From Lama glama (lineage: Eukaryota), in assembly GCA_028534125.1 (NCBI GenBank), contig CM052816.1:43526001-43590000 (forward strand): a stretch of DNA of 64,000 nt. The letters are read 5' to 3'. A program made the position numbers and the translations under genes. Below the pieces are notes generated by a model. It was not told the origin of the DNA. It was given only the letters and a program-made list of their open reading frames with translations, and made no database searches. This document shows positions 23,301-35,490 of this stretch, in pieces (within the stretch, counting starts at the first letter, position 1; the number at the start of each line of letters is the position of its first letter).

Positions 23301-26300
23301 TCTCTTTCCCTCGCCCCCAGGCAGTGGCGGTGGGGGGGAAATGCCACTGCACTCCTACACCTTTCTCAAGACATTTTCTTGAGTGGCCTTTTAACTCTCA
23401 AACTTTTTATTCCCTCAGTGGGTGGGCTAAGCGTCACAAAATTGGCTTTAGCCACTTCTTTTTGCAAGTCAAGATGCACACTGTTTACACACATAAATAG
23501 TACTGTACTCCAATCTGGCAACCAGGAATGTCTGTGATCTCTGCTCCCTGATCCGGACCAGAGACAAGGAGAGAAATGGTCCACTTTTAACATCTGAGTA
23601 TACACAGTAGAACCAAGCTAAGAAACACATAGTCCTATTCATATTTTCTGTTCATTATGTATAGATTAAGTAAAAATTGTGAAGTCCTAAAATCCATCAA
23701 CAGAAAAATACCCAACCCTGTATTTGTGTCTTACTGTATTATCAATTCAGGTTACATACTTCAAAATAATACCTAATAATAAATAATGGCTAAATAAAAA
23801 ACTGGTTTTAATATTTATTCATCCATCAATAATCTTGGCTAGAACTCTCTTCTGGACCAGGCACAAGCTAGAGAGGAAGACAAATGTGAATGAGAGAGTC
23901 CTTATCCTTGTGGAGTGGGGCTAGGCAGGGAGATGGGGCGGGTGGTTGGGGGAAGAGGTGCCTGTGGGCCGCCAGATGGAGAAAGACTTGGGAGTTGAAT
24001 ATAGGAGTCTGGAAAGCAGAAGAAAGACTTGGCCTCGAGTTATAGAGCTGGAATAACTGAATGATTATCTTTAAGAGGAAAAGCTAAGAAGTAACGAAGT
24101 AAAATGTTTCCTTGCCTTTTCTTAGAATGACCTACATAGGCAGGACCCAAGTGGAAATCAGGTTGGAACTTGTAGTGCATTTTCCTTGGAAATAACTATG
24201 GGGTAGATTCTTAGGCCCCTCACAGCATAAAAACGACTCCATATAACTTTCTGTCTGTAATTTTTAGAATGAGAAAAACTCATTTAAGTTCTAATTTGGA
24301 ATTCTAAAACTTACCTCCCCTGCTCTGACTGCAAAAGTGGGACTTGCGGTTCGTGAAAATCCTCTGTTCCTGTAGGAACTGGGGGAATTAGATACACCTG
24401 GGAACTAGTAACTTGTCAAATAGCGACATTTGTATGAAAGAAGGTTCTCTTGGGGTCAGTTTTCCCAGTTCTTCGTTGAGGGAAATGTAGCTGCTCCCTG
24501 GAGAGAGCAGGACAGCCGGGGCTGGGGGAGCTGGGCGGGCCGGTGTACGCGGGGAACTTGTGTGCACACTAGCCATTTATGTTCTTTGTCGCCCAGAATC
24601 CTCTGAGAATTTTTTAAATGAATAGATTTTCTTCACCAGTGAACACATACAGGTTTTACACAAACCCTCCGATGGCTTCTGGACCTCTTGAAGCCCATCT
24701 ATGGGCCGCCTTTTGCACACTATAAAAATAGAATAGTCAATATGTTCTCCTAAAAGGAAGTGTAAATAACTACATCCAAGGGAAAAGTGCACTAGAATTG
24801 TAAAGGATAAAATTTTAAATATCTGTTTGTCTAAGACATACAGATAAAAGCATGGCAAGTGAAGGGTTTCCAGAAAAAGACCTAGGGGAAAAGAGATCCA
24901 TGCAAGGTCAAAGTCAGTGTATCAATTTAAGAGATGCTGTAGAGAAAAACAACTCCACTGGTAAATGAAGGAGAAGAAATGAAATAAATAACTCCTTGAA
25001 AAACTTTCTCTCTAACAACAACAACAGCAGCAGCAGCAACAAAATAACGGGAATTTAGTCAACTGGAATGTACTGGAGATGTAACAAGAGTAGCCGTTTC
25101 CTAAGAGTGAATAAGAAAATAATTAAAAAACCCCTCTAAATCAATAGGTCTGAATACTGAATGAGTGAGAGAATTAGCTGTTATTCTTATAGAAACACTA
25201 ATAGTTACTTTTGAAAATGAACTTTAGAAGCCAGTGTTTTGAGATTTATGCAAAATAATTATATTTTATGCTGATGAATATGTATGTACTATTTTTATGT
25301 TCTCCAAGGAGCCTAATCTTTCATTTATTAGTGCTTCCTCCTAGAAAACCCTATGAGATATAATTGTCATTGATAATGAAAATACTTAGACCCTGGCATT
25401 ATGGCATTGTGTCCATTTTTTCTTTGTTCTGTCTAGTCCTAATGAATATGGAAGGAGTCAAGTAGCATTGGAAATAGGCTGTTAAGGGGTTACTACCCAG
25501 ATATGGATTTAAAAATGTTAGACATATTCAGAAGGAACATTAAAATGTGATCAGCTTGGATGGGAAACATAACCAAATGTACCTACCGTCTCTGGATTTC
25601 ACTCACTTGAAATACAGATATGTATTAAAACGTAAATGTAACATTGAAATCTTGGATCCTGGAGGGGAAATTTGACAGGCACTTATATTGTAAGTAACTC
25701 ATCTCATTGATGTGCATGGTTTCAGGATCTGGACATTTTAGGGAGGTGTTTCCACACTAAACATCTAAACATGGAGGGGAAGTGATGGTAGTTTCTACAA
25801 ACGAAGACACTTAGGGAGAGATAGAGGATACAGTCTATGGGAAAGCGTATTGCAAAGGAGACAAGGACAGGACCAATCTTAAGCGGGGATAAACTGATAG
25901 TGAATCTGATATCTGTCAGTATCTTGCCTATGAAAAGGACAGAATGAACAAATGTGTTTCTAGTCTGATGTGAACTGAAAGATTAGTCACACTTCTGAAA
26001 ATTCCTAAATACTAGAATTTGGTGTTTAAAGCAACATATCTTGGTATTTGTCAAACAAGATGAGATAGATTATGAATGTTTATCTCTAATGCCAACTGTC
26101 CAGACTGAAACTAGAAACATCTGTCAAATGATTTTCATTCTACTTTTTGCTATTTTTTTTCTGTTCTAGTGTTTTTCCAAACACAACGTGACAGAATGTC
26201 AATAAGAAAATTCTTATATAACACTAGCAACATTGGATTTCTTGAGGTTGCTTTAGGGCTTGGAATCAACTATTCTGAGGTTCAGATATTATGATCAGGG

Positions 26301-27627
26301 AGTTCCAGATAGTAATCTTTCTCTGAACACTCTGAACTGTCTTCATGATTTTGTGGTTGTGATGAATGAAGTTGAAGTTGACCTTGAAATATATATTCAC
26401 TAAGCAAATTATTACTCCTGACCGTACTTGGTAAATTGAAGTATTTCTTTTATTTAATCTTAAGCCCAGCTGTCAAATTAGAAATGATGACTATCAACAG
26501 CTTGAAAAAACATTTCTGATAACCAATTTATATTTAATATAAAATTCTTACTGAACATATAAAGTTAAAATAAAAAATTAAAAATAACATAAAATTGAAC
26601 AGATTGTTTTTTAAATCTTGACATGTTAAGTAACCTTTTGTTGAGTTAAAAAACCATGCAGTGATGTGATTAGACTGTTTCAAGTGTTCTTAAACAGAAG
26701 CTTTACGTACCTATGTTTCACCAAAATAACTCAAATCCATATAATCTTGAAAGAACCATTCAGCTTAGATTGAAATACTACTTGTCAAATATAAAAAATG
26801 AACAACATCCAATATATCCTAACTGGTAAATATCTTTTTTTTGTTTATGCTTTAGTGAAATATAGGATCATAACAAACTTGTACAAAATTCCAGAAAAAA
26901 AAATACAAAGCAAAATGTAGTTCTTCAAAGGGAACATGAGACACAGATTGCCCACGGCACAGTGGTAATCTCACCTCTTTTTTGCCCTGGTGTTTCCAGC
27001 CAATGAGTGTCTCAGTGGAGGCTGAAAAATATGGCATCTGTGGAGACTTGAAGTTGTAGAAACAGTCTAAATATTAATAGAAGATTTTTGAGTCGGTCTT
27101 GGACCTGCTGATGTGAAGTGGCAACTTTTGAGCTCCAGGCTGACTTGTTGCTGATTCTGATCTTTCAGTGATTAAAAAAAGGAACTTTTAAACCTTATTG
27201 CAGTTAAACATCTACATAGTTTCCTGCATGTATTAATCAACTGTTGTGAATGCCCCTCAAAGCAATGAGTGTTCTTCCTCTTATAACTATGAGTATGTTT
27301 TTTCTTCTTTAAGAAGAGAAAGATCACTGGGCGAGATTATTAAAAAAAATTGAAAATTCTTTCCATGGAGTTATTTTTGTACCTTAGGAGTAACAGGAGG
27401 TGGTTAATTCTGAACATTTATCTGCAACTTTACACCAGCTTTGCCCTGGGCGAGTTTGCAAATCTTCTTTCCTGACATTGGGTCTGACTGAGAAACCTCC
27501 ATTTGCAGAACCATATGTGCAGTAACTGGTCCTTGGGGTCACCCTGGCAACCACACAGGCTCCTCATTCCAAGCCACACGAGTGCTTTGCCAATGAGAGG
27601 GACAAAACGGAGGATCCTCCTGTGATG
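20400..27627 (-). other. Candidate spliced transcript (lncRNA, microprotein or decayed gene), unverified
   Basis: Acceptor before 27627 (ttttttccttctcag), exon 27161-26975 ending GAG|GTGAGA, exon 24397/24369-24315 ending GAG|GTAAGT, terminal acceptor before 21398, AATAAA at 20422-20417. No homology recognised. Confidence 0.3.
25700..25970 (+). mobile_element. L3/CR1-like ancient LINE fragment
   Basis: TTTCAGGATCTGGACATTTTAGGGAGGTG...CTAAACATC and downstream sequence loosely follow the recalled L3 3' region. Highly diverged. Confidence 0.4.
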
Positions 27628-30511
27628 CTGAGAAGGAAAAAAGACAATGAGAGAAAATTTTGAAATCAAGTGAGCTGATTTCATATCCCTCCAAGAAGAC
27701 TTTGGTTAAAATGAAGATGATCTAATCAGAAATGGAATAGTTGTTTACTATTCCAGAAATAGAATAATAGAATGTAATTCTGTGGCAGTCTGTAATGAGA
27801 GGTAAAATTTAGATATGCAAATATGGAAAGGTCAGAGTAAACAGTATATCAGCATAGAAATCTGAACTCTTCGTGCATTTAAAAGAATTATTTTCCAGGA
27901 GTAGCAACAGTGATTTAACTCATGAAAGCATTGTGTAAAATGCCTTCAGAAAGAGTTCTCAATTTTGTCCCTCCTCCCATGACACCTGCCTTCTGTCTTG
28001 ATACGTATTTTTGTTCTTTCTCTTTTCTTTTTTTAACTTGGAAGGTGAAACAACAAATACCTGATGAATAGCACTTAGAAGCTGAAGAGAAGAATCTTAA
28101 AAAGCATACAGAAATAAAAGTGATTTTGTTTTTCTTTATCTTAATGGGAAATATATTTTCGTGCTGAGAAAATACAGTTTTACCTCTCACTTTGACATTT
28201 TGCTTGTTAATACAAAATAGCACCCCTTGGAGAACCCGGTTCCTAGCAGAGTTCCATTAATCACTTGCAAGAGCCATTCTTTCAGTCTAAGGATGAGATT
28301 GTTGGTATTCCTGATTTTACACAGAGAAGGATATCTTTTGTAGACTGTAAAAGATCCGTTGGATCGAAAGGAAAAACACAAGAAATGATGGGAGCCTGAG
28401 TCTAGTCAAACAGTCTAAAAATTTATGTCAGCCGTTAAAGTAGAGTTTAAGGCATGTATGCAGTCAGAATTAGAGCTGTCAGTCACATGTTTATTTTAAA
28501 AGAGAATAACCTAAAATGTTTGTGCCTACCCAGATGTAGGCTCTGCTCTTTGCCTTACCAAAAAGGCCAGCAGTATTCTGTCAACGGGGTATTTGAAAAC
28601 ACATGGGGCTGGTTGCAATGTTTATTCCTATTTAAAGCTGAACTAATATTGTTGGTAATGTTAATGATAACAGCTTGAGTTTGAAAAAGGTTGTATTTCA
28701 GTGCTTTTTGTTCTGGATGAAATGCCAGAAAGAAGTAAAACATTTTTCTGTATGAAATTGTGATTTAAGCTTTACAAATTCAGGTTTGTGTGGCTGTGTG
28801 TATAGGAATCAGAGGAATGTCCTCACCAGCTCTAACAGCATCCTCTTGCTCTGACCTTGTCCCTTGACTTTCAGCATGTGGTTAGGGCTGGGAAACCGTA
28901 CAAGAAAACTAGGACAAAAGAAGGATTTGGAAAGATGAAGGAGAAAGGATAGGACAGTAAACAGAAAGTCTGGGTAGCAGGGAGGAGTAAGGGAGTGGGA
29001 TTAAGGCTGCCCATACCTCCACAACCTCCTTCTTACCACCCACCAGCCACCACATCACACAGTAATGGTCAGACTGGAGGAGGCAGGAAAAAGAAATAAA
29101 AAACCCCAATCCAGAAAGGTCACAGAATGCTATGTGGCTTATCGGTATTAGGAATGACCCGAATTTTGGTTCCTGTACAAGTCAGAAAATCTCCTATAAC
29201 CCACAATTCTTTACATAAAATTCCTTGGCAGTTGCCACTGCAAATCTTCTGGTCTTTTCCTGTCTCTAAGAAGCAATACTATAAATGCAAGTGCTGTCAA
29301 TCATGGAAGACTGCCTCAAGGTTACACCAGGTCAGATATGGAAACCCAAGGATCAGTGAGAGAGGCGTTGATGGTGGGGTGGGTGGCAAATATGAATGGA
29401 GAGAGCTTGAAATTTACAAGCTGCTGTCACAGGAAGATTAGGGCTAAAAGAAGACATAAGTTTGAGTGAAAAGTCGGAGTGAAGGAAGATCAGGAAGCAG
29501 AGGACTAAAGGGAAAGTGTGTTGTGGTTTTATTACAGAAAGCTTCTTGAATTTAAACACTCAACTAAAAGGTTTAATTTTATAGCATATACAGTTGTCCC
29601 TTATAACATGATCAAATAATATTCTGCCTTCCTATAGAATTTCTCCTTTATCTCGCGCAATTTGTCTGTTTCATGACATCCCTGTCGTTTCTCTGAGTTA
29701 TATTACTAGTCCATCTTAAGTGTTTCCCACCTAGATGTTTGGAATTAAATTTCCTGTTCATTACAACTGATTGGATATTGTTAAAAAGGATGGCAGTTAA
29801 GTTAGCTAAACATATAACTTTGACAGGGGAAAATGAATTGGATTGTACGTAAAAGAAGAGAGCTCAGCCACATCTCTCAGCTTTCCTGTTTCCCACACCC
29901 CTTCCTAATTCACATAGGGCTGCTCAGAATGTTCCAGCAAATCATCATGAAGTATTGAAAATGCTTGTCTCCTATCTGTTTCCAAGTCTTTAACATATTT
30001 TGACAAGTTAATAAGTTTATACTGGGTTCTCTGGATTTACTTTTACCTGAGCACGATGATTTTTGTGGCCTGTAATTGACAAAATACAAACATTACCTAT
30101 TTTTTCACATGGTGAAAAATACTTTCCAGCAATTAAAAGAAGAGGTATTTATCATCTCTCTTCCTTCTCCATGAAACAATCATCAGGGTTCTTCAGTGGC
30201 AGTTGAGAATGGGTGTGTATAATTGATGCAGTTTGATAGTTCTATTTTTACTGTAGAATACACTTCAACAGACTGTCGTAATGTTCAGTAACTTAATGGC
30301 AGAATTGTCAACCAGATTCTTCTCCGTCCAGCTATTATAGCAATTCCATTTTTTAAAAAGATTTGAAAGCATCAGAAATTCAATTTACATAACTAAACCT
30401 AATCAGTCATCCTTTGGGACTGAAGCAGATAAAATAACATTGATAATAGAATGAAAAAGTCTAAAATCTATATAAAATATTATTAATATATTTTAGCCTC
30501 ATGGATAACAT

Positions 30512-31676
30512 AATCAATCTATTTGAAATATGCAACAGATGATTTCTCTCTTGTTATTGAAATTAAATGGGGCCATGAAAATAGAGTCTAGCACTGATTT
30601 ATGGTCTTTTCAGTTTACTGAATGAATGTCAGTGACAACAGGAAAGAGTTAAAGCTCTCTTAGCAAAATTTTAAGGTATCACACATTAAGGAAACAGAGT
30701 ATCTTCCTAGAGGCAAATATTCTCTTGAGTTGCCCCACAAATGTAATTCATGAAATATCTTAATGAAATATTTTGGACCTATGGAATCCTGTGAATTATG
30801 CAGATGAGAAAGTTTCTTTTCTGGAACAGAAGAAAATGGTACCCTGTTGTGACGGTTCCCACAAAAAAGTCTCACAGATCTTTCTCCTGGACTTTCTTCC
30901 CTGGGTTTCTGTGACATCACACGTTGTGACTTCCAGCTGCCCTTCTGGTGGTGACGTCTCAGCTTGTCCCATGAACTTGCCTGTTTCTCCATGGCCCTTA
31001 AATGATGGTGCTGCCTTCTTCTGCATTAAGTCCTCCTCTCCTCTCACCACCCCCACTCTCTTTGGGTCTCTTCACCCACAACTGGGTTTACCACATACAG
31101 ACTAGTAATTCCCAGATCAATATCTCCAGTCCAGCTCTCACCCCTAATATTTGGATCTGAATATGTGTTGGACCTACTACTTGACTCTCCTAGGGCCACT
31201 CAGGAGCAGCGAGAGTGTGTGCGTCAGTCCCTCCACTCTGCCCAGTTCGTGTTCTCTCTCCTCGAGTGGCAGCACCCTTCATCCTGTGGACAGAGATAGA
31301 GCAGACTGATCCCCATTCTGCCTTTTCTCTCAGTGACCGCAGCCAACTGACCGCTGGATTCTATCAGGTCTCCCCCTTCAACATCTCTTCGCTCTGTCCC
31401 CCCATCACCATCACTCTTTATTCAGGCTACTGTTATTTTTCCCCTGGATTCATGCAAAGATGTCCTGATGGATCTTCCTGCTTCAGGTCTTGCTTCCCTT
31501 CAGTCCATTTTTCAAATCATCCTTAACAGTGATTTTCTATAATGTGAATCTGGCCTTATCATTTCCCTGTTGAAACTCTTTAATGGCTCCTCAATCAATC
31601 TATTTGAAATATGCAGCAGATCATTCCTCTCATGGTATTGAAATTAAATGGGACCAGGAAAACCAAAATCTAGAAC
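30512..31676 (+). repeat. Diverged ~83-bp direct repeat (30512-30594 and 31593-31676)
   Basis: Both copies start AATCAATCTATTTGAAATATGCA (23 identical bp) and share TATTGAAATTAAATGGG. Offset 1081 bp. Confidence 0.9.
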
Positions 31677-31680
31677 AGGT

Positions 31681-32288
31681 TGTGGGTTCGTCACCAGTTG
31701 TGGGTTCTGGCTGGCAGAAGTCCCACTGAGACAGAATGAATTACTCAAGACTCTGGGGAAAAGTCAAGAGAGCGAGAGGGAGTTGGGAGCCAACTACCCG
31801 AGCCTCTCAAATCTCTCATATTTATTGAGTACAGTCGAAGCAGGAATTTAGGGAAGGACAGGGTGGGATCACAATGAGTACAAAGGCTTTGTTTATTGTT
31901 GGTGTTTGGCTCAAGGTCAGAAGACCCTTTTTTTTGAATCATAATCGTGTTGAGCCTTTCAGTTTATCAGGGTGGAACGTATGAGAATCAGCTGCTTGAC
32001 AGGATTTTCTTGGACTCAGGCGGCTGTGCCTGTCTTAGGTTGCCCCCTCAGGGGATCTTACCCGACATTGGCTAACCAGCTTTCTCACCTCTGAGTCATG
32101 CATCTTTTTACCATTCCAGCCCAAGGCTGTTTTGGGGATGGAAGACTAACAGCAGGCACGCCCAGCGTTTATAGCCGGGGGCCTGGGTCATTGTTAAAAC
32201 CTCAAGGCAGTTACTAAGTGCATCTTCTTTAAGGAGATAAGCGGCTGGGATCTGTTACAATTTGTTAACCCAATCATGGGCTCCCACA
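31681..32288 (-). mobile_element. ERV solo LTR (608 bp) with 5-bp TSD CAGGT
   Basis: Inverted termini TGTGGG...CCCACA. CAGGT at 31676-31680 and 32289-32293. Minus-strand TATAAA (~32170) and AATAAA (~31895, ~31823) suggest minus orientation. Confidence 0.9.
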
Positions 32289-32519
32289 CAGGTAAAGTCC
32301 AGTCTCCTTAGGGAGGCTCCCATGGCTCTGCACGATGTGATCCCCGACTGCTTCTCCAATCTCTTCTCTCCTCCTCCCTGGTACTTTTGTGCTCATCAAT
32401 GAACTTTATGAGATTTCTAATTTCAAATTCTTGAGTGGAATATGCTTTCTCTCCACTCTTTGGATTTCTGCTTGTGTGATTCTCTTTTCTCCTATTCAGG
32501 AACGTTCCGTGTGTTGCAG

Positions 32520-32720
32520 GTAAGAGCAGAGGCTCTAAGGGGAGACTGCTTCGGTTGGAATCCTGGCTCCCCATTTCCTAGTCTTTAACTTCCTGGACCT
32601 TGATGGTGATGACGTTAGTAAGATGTCTACTTTTGAGGGTTATTATGAAGATTAGATGAGTGGGACTTAGAATGATGCCTGGGTCTAGTAAACACTCAAT
32701 AAATATTAGTGGTTGTGATT
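32520..32720 (+). mobile_element. MIR SINE inside L2
   Basis: TAAGAGCAGAGGCTCT...TTGGAATCCTGGCTCC head and GAGGGTTATTATGAAGATTAGATGAG...CACTCAATAAATATTAG tail. Confidence 0.8.
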
Positions 32721-33444
32721 ATTTCTCATCTGCTATCACTTTTTAGACTCCTTGCCTGAGACACTGCATCTGATTAGGTGCCTTTTTTCGGTTTTTCCAT
32801 AGCCACTGCGTATACCCCTGTGGTGGCAGGTATCACACCCTATATGGTAACCGCTTCTCTGTTTGTCTTCCCTGCTTGGTTATACATTTCGTTAATGTCA
32901 GAGTCTTATTTTGTTCACCCTTGCTTCTTCTCCAGGATCTAAAACAATATCTGGCTCATAATAAATGTTCAGTAAAATATTTCCTGGAAGACGCAGGTCA
33001 TTTGTAACCACCACAGGCAACTCAATTTCTACGTAGAAAGTCTTTGCTTTTCAAGAACTAAGATTTCAGGAAAAAGAGGAGATTCAGTGTCTCTGTATTT
33101 TGCATGTTCTATCATGGCAGCGTATTTTGGGAAGTGTTTATATTTAACTGGGATGTCATACTGAGCTGAGGAGATGTATCCCTAGTTAGGCTTTCCCTGT
33201 AAACAAGAAAAACCAGCGAGGAGACAATTCTGCATAGCCTCCCTAGTATAACCAGTGTCTGTCTGAGGCAGCTGGGGTGTGACCAGTCCCATCAAGGGTT
33301 TCTGCCCTTCTGTGGGTCGTAACAGAGAAGAGAAATGGAAAAAGGAAAAGAGAATGCACTTTTTAAAACGTGAGAACTTATATGTCTGTATACAGACCCT
33401 GGGCTTAACAAGGGGCAAAGAGTTGGTTATATTTTTCCCCACGG

Positions 33445-34090
33445 TTTTTGGCTAGTATGAATAAAACAGCTATGAATATTCAAGTACAATTGTTTGAATG
33501 GGCATATGTCTTCATCTCTCTGAGGGTGGGATTGCTGAGTTGTAGGTGTGTATTTAACCTTGTAATGAGCTGTCAGACTCTTCCCAAGAGGCAGCGTTTT
33601 GCATTCCCATCAGTAGTATGTGTGAGTTTCACTTGCTCCCCGTTGATTGCAGAACTTGGTGTTGTTGATTTTTTTTCTTTTTAGCCGTCCTAGTGGGGAT
33701 GGAGTGGCTTCTCATTGTGGTTTTACTTTGCATCTCCTGGATGTCTAATGATGTTGAAAATGTTTTCACATGCTTACTAGCCATTTGTACATCTTTTGGA
33801 AAGTGTCCGTCTAAATTTTTTGTTCACTTTACATTGGGTTGTTTGTTTTATTATTGAGTTGTAAGAATTATTTATATACCGTGAGTATAAATACTTTGTC
33901 AGATGTGTGTTTTGTGAATATTTTTTTCCAGTCAGTAGCCTTGCATTTCTATCCTCTTCATTTAGAACTCATTTTGAAGAGTTTTCAATTTTGAGGAAGC
34001 CTAGTTCAGTAATTTTTTTTCTTTTATAGTTATTGCTTTTTGTGTCCATTGGAGATATCATTGCCTATCCCAAAGTCATAAAGTTTCCTT
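33445..34090 (-). mobile_element. Old L1M (ORF2 3' region)
   Basis: TTTTGCATTCCCATCAGTAGTATG, CTCATTGTGGTTTTACTTTGCAT, TTATTATTGAGTTGTAAGAATT. Confidence 0.85.
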
Positions 34091-35359
34091 CCATCTTGGA
34101 AATTTTGAAGCAGGCATTTTCTAACAGGTATTGACTCTGTTGCAGGGTCGTGTAAACTTGAAAATTAATAAATAGCCAAAGTTATAGCCAGACATAGAAT
34201 CATGGTTATAAGTTGAAGATAGTGATTTGAACAATTTCAGCATCAGAAACAGGTATTTCCCAAATCAGCAAATCACCTCCATCACATGAAATTTCTAGCC
34301 TGTCAGCAAACAGTGAGGGCCATCACTGGAACTGAACCTGTGGCCATTGTGCTTGTGCATGGCAGAGAACCAAAGGAGGATAGAGGAAAACCGAAACTGG
34401 AATCAAGGCAGCTATGATACAAATCTGACAATGGGCTCTGCTAATGTGGGAGTGCCAAGGGATAGGTAGAAGCAAGCGTGTATTGTTTATAAGTTGCATA
34501 TCTATTTATTCTCAAATTAACGTTTATATACTACGCTTTAAAACATTAGTAATTTTTGTTTTGTAATGAAAATTATTCAAAGATTTAATCACTCAAGGCT
34601 TGAAGTAGAGCGAGCTGATTTGAGAATACCAATCAACTTCTAACAGTTATAAGTAACTTGTGCAGTCCTTTACCGAGGGACATAAAGGGCCTTATTTGCT
34701 TCTAACATAGAACTTAGAGCAGATAACTTTGAAACCAGAGGGCAAATCATGATATTTCTTTGCCATCCAGGGTTCTGACGAAGTGAATAAAAGAAGAGCC
34801 CCTTGTCCATTTGAGAGCTAAGCTTGAACTGAACATTTCTTTACCTTCTAAAATGTTCAGTTAAGTGCTTTTACACTTCAATTTTCCAGCCTGGACCAAG
34901 ACCAGAAATGCCAAAATGATATGAGAAAGGCTGTTCTTACTGTTTTTCTGGCTGGGATTGGAAGAGAAAGTGCCAGCAATCTTGTAAGAAGCCTGTTCTC
35001 GAAAGATCTGCAACCCAGTTTGCAGAATCAAGGGGTTTGGATAGTTCAGATGAGTTTGGCTGGGTGTCCTGGTGTGCTCATCTGAATCACACCCTGCAGA
35101 AAGCATTTTGTCTTATCAAAGTCAACCACAGAACACTTTGTGTACTTCTTCAGACATCTTAACCATCATGTGTGCCCATCCAGATAAACCGCTAAAGGCT
35201 AACTGAACACTGCCAAATTGAAATGTTTGAGTGTGATCTCTACAACTAGGTATCAGATTTCAATATGAAACAATAAAAATAGTAATCACAGTGATAATTT
35301 TGTAGGATGTTTATAGAACTGGCTCCAAAGTGCATCAGAGTCTTTAAAACTACAGGAGA

Positions 35360-35490
35360 CATGAGAGAGAGTTTAGCCTAACCCTTCATTTTATACTTTA
35401 GGAACATAAGGTTCAGAGAGGTGATGTTATTTGTCCAATTTCATGTAGCAAAATAGAGGCAGAGTCCAGCCCGGAAAATAGAATCCCTTC
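35360..35490 (-). mobile_element. MIR SINE fragment
   Basis: CATTTTATAC...AGGTTCAGAGAGGTGATGTTATTTGTCCAA. Confidence 0.6.

Larger units (their letters stand above)
30880..32990 (+). mobile_element. L2 LINE, interrupted by a templated insertion, an ERV LTR and a MIR
   Basis: L2 motifs run to ...CTCTTTAATGGCTCCTC (31592), resume at AAAGTCCAGTCTCCTTAG (32294) and end with ATCTGGCTCATAATAAATGTTCAGTAAA (~32975). Confidence 0.75.

Noticed and set aside
28061..29445. Further minus-strand exon candidates (~28061-28095 and ~29215-29443)
   Set aside because: Weak donor sites, and multiple stops in the longer one. Too much freedom to add them to the transcript model.
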